A stretch of DNA of 64,000 nt from SAR202 cluster bacterium bin87 (GTDB lineage Bacteria > Chloroflexota > Dehalococcoidia > Lucifugimonadales > UBA3495), in assembly GCA_002238825.1 (NCBI GenBank), contig MPNC01000003.1, positions 322,732 to 386,731 on the forward strand, in the 5' to 3' direction. The position numbers and the translations under genes were made by a program. The first letter of the stretch is position 1, and every line of letters starts with the position of its first letter. Below are positions 1-8,928 of this stretch, piece by piece. The notes beneath the pieces were generated by a model. The model worked only from the letters and a program-made list of their open reading frames with translations, did not search any database and was not told the DNA's origin.

Positions 1-1
1 G

Positions 2-271
2 TACAGCCACCTGGCGGTGGCGGCCGCGGTTTCGGGCGGGTCGGCCGACACCGGGTTGGGGGTGCTGTCGGCGGCCCGCGCCCTGGAGATGGAATTCGTG
101 CCTTTGCTCAACGAGGAGTACGATCTGGTCATCCCTACGGAACACTATGAAAGTGGTCACCTCCAGCCATTGCTGGAACTGCTCGCCGCGCCCGATTTCC
201 GGCTGGCGGTGGACGACCTGGGCGGCTACGATGTTTCTCGAATGGGTGAAGTGCGGATGATGCTGCCATGA
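2..271 (+). CDS. C-terminal fragment (gene starts upstream of window) of a periplasmic-binding-protein-like domain protein of the type fused to or associated with MoeA-like molybdopterin biosynthesis proteins
   Basis: Reading frame is open from base 2, so the GTG at 17 is internal. Motif ...AVSGGSADTGLGVLSAARALEMEFVPLLNEEYDLVIP... resembles PBP-like substrate-binding domains. Confidence 0.5.
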   Translation, partial: YSHLAVAAAVSGGSADTGLGVLSAARALEMEFVPLLNEEYDLVIPTEHYESGHLQPLLELLAAPDFRLAVDDLGGYDVSRMGEVRMMLP

Positions 272-795
272 CTAGCAATCCCAACCAGCGCATCGCCCGC
301 CGGACCGCCGAGCTGGATGCCCAGCTCGCGGCCGACGGCAGCGACCACAGCGATACCCTGCGCGCCGAACACCGGCTGGCGCACGCTTACCGCGCCGCCC
401 GTCAATTCGATCAGGCGCTGCATTGGTTTGACCGTGCCGCCGAGGGCAGCGCGCGGGTGCATGGGCCGGATCACCTCGAAACGCTGCGCTACCGGAGCAG
501 CCTGGCCAACTGCCACTACGCTGCCGGGCATACCGACGTGGCCATCGAGATGTTCGGCGACCTGTTCGACGCGCGCCGCGCCGCGTTGGGCGACGATCAT
601 CCGGATACCCTGCGCAGCCGGGGGAGCCTGGCCAACGCGCTGCACGCGGTGGGTCGCTACAATGAGGCAGCGGGATTGCACCTGCGCAACGCCGGCGACC
701 GGGCGGAGACCCTGGGCCGCCAGCATCCCTCCACCGAGGCCAGCCTCCGCAACCTGGCGCGAGCCGTCAGCGACGCCGGCGCGGACACGACCTGA
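268..795 (+). CDS. Tetratricopeptide-repeat protein (TPR_10/12-like)
   Basis: Reiterated approx. 42-aa units (HPDTLRSRGSLANALHAVGRYNEA..., PDHLETLRYRSSLANCHYAAGH...). The ATGA start overlaps the upstream stop. Confidence 0.8.
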   Translation: MTSNPNQRIARRTAELDAQLAADGSDHSDTLRAEHRLAHAYRAARQFDQALHWFDRAAEGSARVHGPDHLETLRYRSSLANCHYAAGHTDVAIEMFGDLFDARRAALGDDHPDTLRSRGSLANALHAVGRYNEAAGLHLRNAGDRAETLGRQHPSTEASLRNLARAVSDAGADTT

Positions 796-797
796 CC

Positions 798-2120
798 TTG
801 GCCAACGAGGAAGCAGCCAGCGGGTTATCCGATCCGGAACGGCCGGGTTCCGAAGCCAAGACCTCATTCCGCGCCTGGTCGGTCCTGCTGCTGAACCGGA
901 CCCACCAGAGCACGGTGGTGCTGTCATCCTATGGGCTCGGGCTGTTTCTTCCCTTTGTGCAGGCGGACCTGGATCTCAGCTACCTGGAGATCGGCATTCT
1001 GCAAGCCGTCTGGTGGGGCACGCCGGCGGTGCTGCTAGTCCCCTTCAGCCTGCTGTTCGCCCGGTTCAACCCCAACCGCCGGGTGCTGGTCGCACTGGCG
1101 CTCATGGCGCCCTGCCTGTTCAGCCAGGGCCTGGCCATCGGGTTCTGGACCCTGCTGGCGTCGCGGTTCCTGACGGTGCTGGTGCATGCGTCGATGGCGC
1201 CGGCGAGGCCGCTCCTGCTCCGCTGGTGGGCGGCTCCCCGCCAGTACTCCACCGTGAGCTCCCTGGGCCTGTCCATGCACTCCACCTTCATGGCGGCGGC
1301 CCTCACCTTCGGGCCGATGATCATCGTCGTGTTGGACAGCTGGCGGCTGGCCTACTTCGTCCAGGGCGCGCTGATGGCCGGGCACCTGCTGGTGTGGGCG
1401 GCGCTGACGTGGGGTGCGAGGGAACCGGCGCAGGGCCCGGAGGATGCGGTCGCAGCCGCGCCGGCGTCGAATGATCCCGCGGGGAGCGCAGTGGCAGAGC
1501 AAAACGCCAGGCCGCCGCTGGTACGCTCGCTGGTGGCCTATCCCCACGCCTGGCTGCTGGGCGTGGTCATGCTGTGGCTGTCGGCGTCATGGACTACGGT
1601 GCTGACCTTCCTGCCCACGATCCTGGAGGCGCACCGGGGCATCGCGATCACATCGGGCAGCGTGCTCTTCGGGTTCCTGTACTACGTGCTGATACCGGGG
1701 GCGTTGGCAGGGAGCTGGATATTCAATCACATCACCAACCGGCGGCTGATGGTGCTGCTGCCGGCCGCGTTGAACCTGGTGGCCACGGTGGTTGCCGTGC
1801 TGGCCGGCAACGTGGTGATCGCCGCGCTGGCCCTGACCGGGTTGGGCATCGCCTGGATATTCGTACCGGCCATGGAGATACTGCCCTTCGAGTTCAGGAA
1901 CGTCCGCACGCGGGAGGTTTCGGTGCTGTCGGGGTTGGTGCAGACCTTCGGCGCGGTAGGCTTCGGCGCCGGGCCGGTGATCGCCGGGGCGCTGGCCCAG
2001 ACGACCGGCTCGCTGGTCACGGGGGTGCTGGCCGTGGCGCTGATGACCGCCCTGGCGGTGGTCGCGGCGGCGCTGTTGCCGCGCAGCTTTGGCGGTGATC
2101 CGGCTCTCCGCGGCAACTGA
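798..2120 (+). CDS. MFS transporter (start codon uncertain; TTG at 798 is the ORF limit)
   Basis: 440-aa ORF with about 12 hydrophobic segments and a central hydrophilic loop. Coding-type third-position G+C bias. Confidence 0.8.
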   Translation: MANEEAASGLSDPERPGSEAKTSFRAWSVLLLNRTHQSTVVLSSYGLGLFLPFVQADLDLSYLEIGILQAVWWGTPAVLLVPFSLLFARFNPNRRVLVALALMAPCLFSQGLAIGFWTLLASRFLTVLVHASMAPARPLLLRWWAAPRQYSTVSSLGLSMHSTFMAAALTFGPMIIVVLDSWRLAYFVQGALMAGHLLVWAALTWGAREPAQGPEDAVAAAPASNDPAGSAVAEQNARPPLVRSLVAYPHAWLLGVVMLWLSASWTTVLTFLPTILEAHRGIAITSGSVLFGFLYYVLIPGALAGSWIFNHITNRRLMVLLPAALNLVATVVAVLAGNVVIAALALTGLGIAWIFVPAMEILPFEFRNVRTREVSVLSGLVQTFGAVGFGAGPVIAGALAQTTGSLVTGVLAVALMTALAVVAAALLPRSFGGDPALRGN

Positions 2121-2161
2121 GTTCGACCTGTTTGTGGCAATAGACGACTGGAGGCGGTGGA

Positions 2162-2800
2162 ATGACCACACATTTCACGGATGATGAAATTGACGCACTT
2201 GGGGAACGGCTGCGGCGGGGTATTACTCATACCGACCGCACGAGATACGGCAGCCACAGAAGAGTATTAAACGTGCTCAGGTCCGATCTGGAAGCGGAGT
2301 TGCGAGCTTTTTTTCCGAACGCCGAAGCAGGTTCCCGCACCAAGCGAGTTGAAACAGTAGCGGCAAAGTTGCAGCGGCGTCCCGACCTGCCTCTGTCTCA
2401 AGTGACGGACTTAGCTGGCTGCCGCATCATCGTATCCGGCAAGGCTGAGCAGGAAGCTGTGGTGACCCGGTTGCTGGCAACCTACGATGTCCAGCAAGTT
2501 GACGACAAAAGCGACCGCCCCAAGTTCGGGTATCGAGCGGTCCACTTCGACATTCGCTATCGGGGCCAGTTGATGGAAATCCAGGTACAAACACGCAACC
2601 AGCACCTGTGGCAGATGGTTTCCGAGATGGCGGCGGGGTATGACATTTCCATCAAGTACGGCGGTGGTCTACAGGAAGTCAACCGTGCGTTGCAAGACTT
2701 GTCGGAACTAGCCTGGAGGTGCGATTTGGAAGGTACTGAATTGCCCGACGCTGACATTGACCAAGCGCGGGATGTGATAACATCGGCCCATTCCGGGTAA
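2162..2800 (+). CDS. Stand-alone RelA/SpoT-domain protein (small alarmone synthetase-like; possible toxSAS toxin)
   Basis: Synthetase motifs in order: sRTKRVETVAAKLQRR, DLAGCRII (DxxGxR), GYRAVHF, EIQVQTRNQHLW (EIQxRT-like). GGAGG-type RBS upstream. G+C visibly lower than the flanks. Confidence 0.8.
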   Translation: MTTHFTDDEIDALGERLRRGITHTDRTRYGSHRRVLNVLRSDLEAELRAFFPNAEAGSRTKRVETVAAKLQRRPDLPLSQVTDLAGCRIIVSGKAEQEAVVTRLLATYDVQQVDDKSDRPKFGYRAVHFDIRYRGQLMEIQVQTRNQHLWQMVSEMAAGYDISIKYGGGLQEVNRALQDLSELAWRCDLEGTELPDADIDQARDVITSAHSG

Positions 2801-2832
2801 CTGGGACTGGCCAGGAGCAGGAGGATGATGAG

Positions 2833-3186
2833 ATGAGCCTGAATTTTCTGGTTGAGCACGACCGGCACGGTAAAGTTCCTACCAGGATCACAGTGTACGA
2901 AAACATTGACGACGCTGAGGAGCGCCTCTACAAGCTGGATATTGACCAGTTGGACGAGCTCAACGCCTGTTTGAAGGCCGGCAAGCCGGTTCGCATGGAG
3001 TACGTCGTCCTGGGAGGCGCATCCGTCGAATCCATTAAACGGACCCATGCCCGTTATTTCTCGGGCGAGTATGAAGTACTGACCCCCACGGAAATACGTT
3101 ACCTTGGCAGTTGGGGAGACAATCTTCCTCAGACCACGATACAAAACGTTGACCATACCGAGGCGGCTCCGGTTACCGGTGCATGA
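2833..3186 (+). CDS. Hypothetical 117-aa protein; candidate partner or antitoxin of the RelA/SpoT gene
   Basis: Strong AGGAGG RBS 6-8 nt before the ATG. Sits 32 nt after the RelA/SpoT stop. Its stop overlaps the next ATG (ATGA). I recognise no family. Confidence 0.6.
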   Translation: MSLNFLVEHDRHGKVPTRITVYENIDDAEERLYKLDIDQLDELNACLKAGKPVRMEYVVLGGASVESIKRTHARYFSGEYEVLTPTEIRYLGSWGDNLPQTTIQNVDHTEAAPVTGA

Positions 3187-4574
3187 CCACCGGCGTCAGC
3201 GTTAACCTGCACACCGCGCCGGCCGACGCCGGCGACGGAACGATCCTGCCCAACCTCCTGATGTTCGGCGAGGTGCTCCGCCGCCTGGGATTGGACGTGG
3301 GCTCCGCGAACATGCTCGACCTGGTGCGCGCCACCGAGCACGTGCCCATCGGCGGGAACCGCAACGACTTCCGCCTGGCCGCGCGGGCGCTTCTGGTGCA
3401 CCGTCGCAGCGACCTGGAGATTTTCGACGAGGCGTTCCAGGTGTTCTGGAGACGGCCGGCCCACGGCCGAAGCATGCGCGACCTGCGCTCCATGGGTGAG
3501 GAACGCCGCTACCGCACCCCTCGGGTCATGCCGCACCGGGAGGACACCTCCGATGGGCCTCCTGGCGGCGACGACCCCGACGATGCCGGCGACCGTCAGC
3601 CGGTGGTGGACCTGCAGCGATCCTTCAGCGCGCGGGAGGTCTTGCGGCAGCGGGATTTCGCAGACTACACCGCTGCCGAGGTGTCGGCGGCGCGCGTACT
3701 GATGTCTGAGTTGCAGTGGGACCTGGGCAGCCGACGCACCCGCCGGCTCACCTGGGGTGAGGGCCGCGACGTGGACCTGCGCCGGACCATGCGCCGCAGC
3801 CTGTCCTACGGCGGCGAGATGCTGGACATCGCCCACCGCCGGCGCAAGAACAAGCCTCGGCCCCTGGTTCTGATCTGCGACGTCAGCGGCTCCATGGAAC
3901 GCTACACCCGCATGCTGTTGCACTTTGTGCACACCGTCGCCGTCAGCGGGCAGCAGCTGGAGGCCTTCCTGTTCGCCACGCGCCTGACCCGCATCACCCG
4001 CCACCTGGAGCACCGCGGGGTCGACCGCGCCGTGTCGGAGGTGGCCCGGGCCGTACCCGACTGGGCCGGCGGCACCCGCATCGGAGAGGCGGTCAAGAGC
4101 TTCAACTACCGATGGGCGCGGCGCGTCCTGCGCGGCGGCGCGGTTGTGCTGGTCATTTCCGACGGGTGGGACCGGGGCGAACCGGAGTTGCTGTCCCGCG
4201 AGATGGCGCGGCTGCAGCGCAGTTGTCATCGCCTGATCTGGCTGAACCCGCTGCTGGGGTCGCCGGGCTACGAGCCGCTGACCCGTGGGATGCAGGCCGC
4301 CCTGCCATACATCGATGATTTCCTGCCGGCGCACAACCTCCACAGCCTGCAGGAACTCGCGGGGCACCTGAACCGGCTGACGGCGCGGCGCGCGCCTCCG
4401 ACGGCACGACGCAGGCCGCCTGCGGATGGTAATGAGGCGAACGAGCCTGAGGGTGACGCGACCCACGACGGCGGAGTCGCCGCCCGGTCACGCCGTGAAC
4501 TGAACCCGGCGTTGGCGCCTACGTTTCGGCATCCGCTGTGGGGTCACCCGAACATTCCGGGTGGCGGCAGCTAG
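3183..4574 (+). CDS. vWA domain-containing CoxE-like protein
   Basis: CoxE-type N-terminus (LPNLLMFGEVLRRLGLDVG...). vWA MIDAS region LVLICDVSGSMERY. C-terminal ...WLNPLLG... segment. Confidence 0.8.
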   Translation: MTTGVSVNLHTAPADAGDGTILPNLLMFGEVLRRLGLDVGSANMLDLVRATEHVPIGGNRNDFRLAARALLVHRRSDLEIFDEAFQVFWRRPAHGRSMRDLRSMGEERRYRTPRVMPHREDTSDGPPGGDDPDDAGDRQPVVDLQRSFSAREVLRQRDFADYTAAEVSAARVLMSELQWDLGSRRTRRLTWGEGRDVDLRRTMRRSLSYGGEMLDIAHRRRKNKPRPLVLICDVSGSMERYTRMLLHFVHTVAVSGQQLEAFLFATRLTRITRHLEHRGVDRAVSEVARAVPDWAGGTRIGEAVKSFNYRWARRVLRGGAVVLVISDGWDRGEPELLSREMARLQRSCHRLIWLNPLLGSPGYEPLTRGMQAALPYIDDFLPAHNLHSLQELAGHLNRLTARRAPPTARRRPPADGNEANEPEGDATHDGGVAARSRRELNPALAPTFRHPLWGHPNIPGGGS

Positions 4575-4951
4575 CCGGCCCGGCCGGGCGCGATTTCGTT
4601 GTACAGGCTGGCCAGAGTGGTTGCCAGCGCGTGGGGCCGCTCTTCGTACTCTGGCGTGGGGTACCACTCGTAGTCGAAACTGCGCACGATGTTGCCCTCG
4701 ATGCTGGTGCGCAGGTTGGACACGATGACGCGGAAGCCCAGGGCGTGGGATGCCTGCTCGGCCAACTGCTCCAGCACGATGTTGGGGCAGTCGAAGATCA
4801 CCATGAACCCGCCCTGCCGTTCTCCGTCGGTCACCCGGGCGCGAAACACGTTGCCGAACAGGTCGACGTCCACGATGGTGTAGCGGCGCTCGGCAGCGCC
4901 GTGGTCAGGCCAACCGATGTAAATGTCGCCGCCGATGTTCCAGTGGTGCAT
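4571..4951 (-). CDS. Hypothetical protein (126 aa, start MHHWNIGG)
   Basis: ORF with coding-like composition. Convergent with coxE-like; the two stop codons share the palindrome CTAG. No family recognised. Confidence 0.5.
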   Translation of the reverse strand: MHHWNIGGDIYIGWPDHGAAERRYTIVDVDLFGNVFRARVTDGERQGGFMVIFDCPNIVLEQLAEQASHALGFRVIVSNLRTSIEGNIVRSFDYEWYPTPEYEERPHALATTLASLYNEIAPGRAG

Positions 4952-5110
4952 GGATGGATCTCCCTGGGGCTGATGGGTAATACAGCTTGGAAAAGATCGT
5001 AGCGGGGCCATGAAACCGGTGCAAGAGCGGGAGCGTATACAAGCCATCGTATAAACAATATATGAAGGGGTTGTACGCTTGCCCCACCGCTGTGATAAGA
5101 TGCTGCTCCC

Positions 5111-6109
5111 GTGATTGAAACACTTAACAAATTGCGACGCGCGCTGAGTAGTTGGTACCTAGCCGGAGTAGCGGCCGTAATCCTCGGCCTGGTGATCGGA
5201 GGGGTTATATTCTTCTTCTTCGCTCCCGGCAGGCCGGCCGTTGGCGTGATCAACATACCGTTCACCGTTATCGATGAAGGGTCGACGTTTGTCATCGGGC
5301 GGCACCTCGATTACGCCATGCAGGACGACTCGATCAAAGCGGTGGTGATCTCCCTCTCCAGCCCGGGCGGGGGCGCGTCCTCCAGCGAGCGCCTGTACTT
5401 CCACACCAGCCGTCTGCGGGAAGAAAAACCGGTGGTCATTGTCATGAACGGCATGGTCGCCAGTGGCGGCTTCATGATGGCAATGGGCGGCAACTACATC
5501 TTCGCCCAGCCGTCCTCCCTCGTCGGTAACGTCGGTGTCGTCGGGATATCGGGCGGGACGCTGCCACCGGTCTTCCCCGAAATTATCACAACCACCGGTC
5601 CGAACAAGCTGACCGGCGGCTCCAGGCAGCATTGGGTTGCCCTGATTGACGTGATCAAGGACCGGTTCGCCAAGATGGTGATCCATGAGCGGGGCGACCG
5701 TCTCCGCATTACCGAAGCACAGTTGCTCGAAGGCAACCTCTACGCGGGACAGGATGCAGTGTCCCTGGGCCTGGCTGACGCCATCGGCTATACCGGCGAC
5801 GGGGTCGAAAAGGCGGCCGAACTGGCCGGCATCGGGAGATATGGCATTGTCGACGTGAACGCGGAGGTCTTCGAGAAATACGGATGGCGCGCCCAGCTCG
5901 TGCATGCGCCGCAGAACGCACCAGCCGCGCATGATGGCGACGCGGCCGCCGAGTCCAGGTCGGGCCGCGACGACGAAGCTCTCGAAGATCAGTACGGGCC
6001 GCCCCTGATGGGGGCCCTGGGTCAGGAACAGGTGAACCCACTATCGGAGTTGCCCATCGAGATCGGGCAGCCGAATATCTATTACCTGTATACAGGTTAT
6101 GGCCACTAG
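5111..6109 (+). CDS. sppA: Signal peptide peptidase SppA-like (peptidase S49), N-terminal membrane anchor
   Basis: S49 motifs SLSSPGGGASSSE and NGMVASGGFMMAMGGNYIFA. N-terminal TM helix. GTG start. Confidence 0.8.
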   Translation: MIETLNKLRRALSSWYLAGVAAVILGLVIGGVIFFFFAPGRPAVGVINIPFTVIDEGSTFVIGRHLDYAMQDDSIKAVVISLSSPGGGASSSERLYFHTSRLREEKPVVIVMNGMVASGGFMMAMGGNYIFAQPSSLVGNVGVVGISGGTLPPVFPEIITTTGPNKLTGGSRQHWVALIDVIKDRFAKMVIHERGDRLRITEAQLLEGNLYAGQDAVSLGLADAIGYTGDGVEKAAELAGIGRYGIVDVNAEVFEKYGWRAQLVHAPQNAPAAHDGDAAAESRSGRDDEALEDQYGPPLMGALGQEQVNPLSELPIEIGQPNIYYLYTGYGH

Positions 6110-7427
6110 ACTCGCGGGGATCCTGATACTCCTGGTGGTCTTTGTCGGCGTGGCCTTCGCCGCGGCTTTCCTGGTTTTCTATCGCGGCAATTACGCTGGT
6201 CCGCCCAATGGGGAAATGGAATACGTGCCGCCGGGCGTCGCCAGCGCCGCTGACGGCACGCAATGGACGCCGTCGGTCGGTGAACGCGCTGGCGGCCTCG
6301 TGCTGGTCGACACCCTCCACAGCAACGGTTTCTCCTCGCGGGAAATCCTGACGCTGCGCACGCGGGTGGTCGCCCAGGGGTACGACCTCGAATTGCTCGG
6401 CAACTTCGCCAGGTCATCGGAGCCGGACCGGCGCGCCCAGTTCGCAGAACGGCTGCGCGAGGCGGACAGCCTGGTGGTCATAACGCCGTTGATCAGCTAC
6501 TCGGCCGGCGAGGTTGACCTGATCGAAGATTTCGTGCGCAAGGGCGGCAAACTGGTGCTGGTCTCCGACCCCGGCCGCCGCGACCAGATGAACACGCTGG
6601 CCCAGCGCTTTGGCGTGCAGTTCCGGCCGGACTACCTGTTCAACCAGGTCGAGAACAACCAGAACTATCAGAACATATTCGTGCGCGATTTCCGACCCGA
6701 CGAGTTGACCGCCGGTTTGGACACCGTCGTGCTGTATACCGCCGGGTCGATCACCTCTTCCGGGCCAGGTCTCGCCGTAGCGGACGCCGGCACCGAGTCC
6801 GTGGTGGCCGAGAACAACGGCGATCTCTACGTGATGGCGAGGGCCGCCGACAGGAACGTCGTGGCCATTTCCGATTTCACCTTCATGATCCCGCCCCACG
6901 ATTCCACTCTGGACAACGACCGCCTGCTGTCCAACATCATCGACTTTGCCACTACCAGCGACCGTGTTTTCGATCTGGCCGACTTTCCGCACTTCTACCG
7001 GACCGGACCCGATGACGGCGTTCAGATCCTGCTGGGCCGTCCCGACCTGCTCGGCAGCGGCGCGAAGCTGAAGAACGGTTTGGAGGAGTATGGCATCTCC
7101 GCGAACATCCAGGGAACCGAAGATGTGAGCCGGGACACGGTGTTCCTGGGCCTGCACGATGACGCGCTGCAGGTGCGACAGTATCTCCAGGCCGCCGGAG
7201 TCCGGGTCGACGATATGGTTGGCATGCCATTCGGCCTGGAACTGGACCCGGCCGGCACGGCGGTGACCGTGCTGGATCGGGAGGGAGGCCGGCACGTGCT
7301 GATACTGCTGGCCGACACCCCGGCCGTGCTGGATAGGGCGGTGGGTCGGTTGTTGAGCGGAGGGTTCAGGTCTGAACTGGTCAGCGAAGTCACTGGAGTA
7401 AGCACTTCAGCGGGAGCGAGTAAGTAG
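6099..7427 (+). CDS. Membrane-anchored protein of unknown function (DUF4350/GldG-like architecture is a guess)
   Basis: Overlaps the sppA-like stop by 11 nt. N-terminal TM helix LAGILILLVVFVGVAFAAAFLVF followed by a large soluble domain. Confidence 0.65.
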   Translation: MATRLAGILILLVVFVGVAFAAAFLVFYRGNYAGPPNGEMEYVPPGVASAADGTQWTPSVGERAGGLVLVDTLHSNGFSSREILTLRTRVVAQGYDLELLGNFARSSEPDRRAQFAERLREADSLVVITPLISYSAGEVDLIEDFVRKGGKLVLVSDPGRRDQMNTLAQRFGVQFRPDYLFNQVENNQNYQNIFVRDFRPDELTAGLDTVVLYTAGSITSSGPGLAVADAGTESVVAENNGDLYVMARAADRNVVAISDFTFMIPPHDSTLDNDRLLSNIIDFATTSDRVFDLADFPHFYRTGPDDGVQILLGRPDLLGSGAKLKNGLEEYGISANIQGTEDVSRDTVFLGLHDDALQVRQYLQAAGVRVDDMVGMPFGLELDPAGTAVTVLDREGGRHVLILLADTPAVLDRAVGRLLSGGFRSELVSEVTGVSTSAGASK

Positions 7428-7430
7428 TAC

Positions 7431-8774
7431 ATGAAAACCATATCCAAACGGCTGATCCTGCTCGTTCCGGCGCTGGCATTGTTCGCGATGATCGCCTGCA
7501 CCGCCCCGGCAGCCCAGGAACCGGAGGCCGCTCCTCCAAGTTCCGCTCCGGAGGCAATGGAGACGCGGGGGTCCGCCATGGAACCGCCGCCGCTGGCCGA
7601 CTTCAACGAGCAGCGCCAGAGCGTCGACGAGGCGTGGGACCTGGTGCACGACGACTTTGACCAGTGGCGCGCGAACCTGACCATGTGCCATCCCACCACG
7701 ATGACCGAGGCCCTGAGCGAGTTTGCCATCGAGTTCAACGATGTCACCGAGGATGCGCGCGACCTGACCCGGACCAAGACCACCGGAGAGTTCGCCGACA
7801 AGTTGATCACGGCGGCGGAAGACGAGGAGACTGCGTTCCGACAGCTCCGCGACCGCTGGCAACCTGGCAACGTGTCCCTGTTCGAAAACGTTGAGAATCA
7901 GCGGAACCTGGCCGCCCAGGCGCAGCGTGAAGCGAAGGACATGGCGCTCGAACTCCGCGCCGCGCTGGAAGACACCGCTGATCCCGAAGTAATCGATGAG
8001 TTCACCGGAGAGTTTGAAACCATCGAACAGGACCTGGAGGACGCTCACTCGGAGTACAACAAGCTCAGCGACGGCGCGTCCGACGACGAGGTTGCCGAGG
8101 TCGTCGACGGTCTGCAAGCGCTGGCCGCACAGGTTGATGAGATCGTTGCCGCCATCGACGAACTGCCCTCCCTGAAGGGCGGCAAGGAGGCCGTAAGAGC
8201 CCTGGAAAAGGCCGCCAAGGCCGAGGTGGACGCTTTGGAAGCCGCCGCGGAAGAGGCCGGTGAGGGCGACGACGCCAAGCTGCCCGACTTCAAAAAGATC
8301 GACGCCACGGTCAAGGCCAGCGAGGAAGCCTCGGAGAATCTAGCCGACGTGCTGGACGATTTGTCCGTTGAGGACACCGCCGATGCCCTGGCTGATATCA
8401 CCGTGTTCGAGCTGGAGTATGACCGCCTTTTGCAGTCATGGGACCGGTTCCACTCCGGGTACAACTCCTGGCGCGCGGACGACGGCGGATGCGACCGCCT
8501 CGAAGTGCTGGAGTCGCTCACCGAGTTCAGCTCCCAGGTGGACGCCGTCGGCGACGGTGTGCGCGGCCTCCCCAAGTCCGGCCACCTGGAGCCCGTGCAT
8601 CGCCTGCTGGTGGAAGCCATCGAAGGCGAGGAGCAGGCCTTCCGGAGCCTGCGGGACACCTGGCAACCCTTCACCCTCGACGCCCTGCGGGCCGTCGAGC
8701 GGGCGCGCATCATGAGCGACACGCGCCGCAGCGACGCGGACATCATCATCGTGGAGCTGGAAAACCGCTTCTAG
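7431..8774 (+). CDS. Acidic lipoprotein with an internally duplicated approx. 100-aa domain
   Basis: Signal peptide plus lipobox (LFAMIAC). Two homologous units (aa 69-167 and 337-435). Starts 3 nt after the upstream stop. Confidence 0.7.
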   Translation: MKTISKRLILLVPALALFAMIACTAPAAQEPEAAPPSSAPEAMETRGSAMEPPPLADFNEQRQSVDEAWDLVHDDFDQWRANLTMCHPTTMTEALSEFAIEFNDVTEDARDLTRTKTTGEFADKLITAAEDEETAFRQLRDRWQPGNVSLFENVENQRNLAAQAQREAKDMALELRAALEDTADPEVIDEFTGEFETIEQDLEDAHSEYNKLSDGASDDEVAEVVDGLQALAAQVDEIVAAIDELPSLKGGKEAVRALEKAAKAEVDALEAAAEEAGEGDDAKLPDFKKIDATVKASEEASENLADVLDDLSVEDTADALADITVFELEYDRLLQSWDRFHSGYNSWRADDGGCDRLEVLESLTEFSSQVDAVGDGVRGLPKSGHLEPVHRLLVEAIEGEEQAFRSLRDTWQPFTLDALRAVERARIMSDTRRSDADIIIVELENRF

Positions 8775-8804
8775 GCGTCTGACCAACGTGCAAGGTCCAG
8801 GATC

Positions 8805-8842
8805 GGGCGGCGACCTCGGTAGAGAAGCGCCGCCCGTTTTTC
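8805..8842 (+). terminator. Rho-independent terminator after the lipoprotein gene
   Basis: GGGCGGCG ... CGCCGCCC stem followed by GTTTTT. Confidence 0.55.
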
Positions 8843-8928
8843 TATCCGTGGGTTTCGGTCGAGCATCCGGGCCGGCGAACCACTCGGTGCTATAATCCCC
8901 GAACTCCCACTGCGGTTACGGTGCAACC

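Noticed and set aside
226-927. Long antisense or alternative-frame ORFs throughout the window (e.g. 226-927 -, 3129-4466 -, 16973-18766 -, 21893-23587 +, 24115-25446 +, 26087-27529 +, 30863-32236 -, 43409-44299 +, 58397-59695 -).
   Set aside because: These are typical high-G+C shadow ORFs. They are Arg/Ala/Gly/Pro-rich low-complexity translations that overlap genes with clear family motifs on the other strand or frame, and they lack RBSs.
8888-8896. Calling firm promoters at TGcTATAAT (8888-8896), TATAAT (30804-30809) and TATACT (19133-19138).
   Set aside because: The -10-like hexamers are real in the sequence, but convincing -35 boxes and spacing are missing and the host sigma-factor preferences are unknown. 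They are mentioned only as hints.
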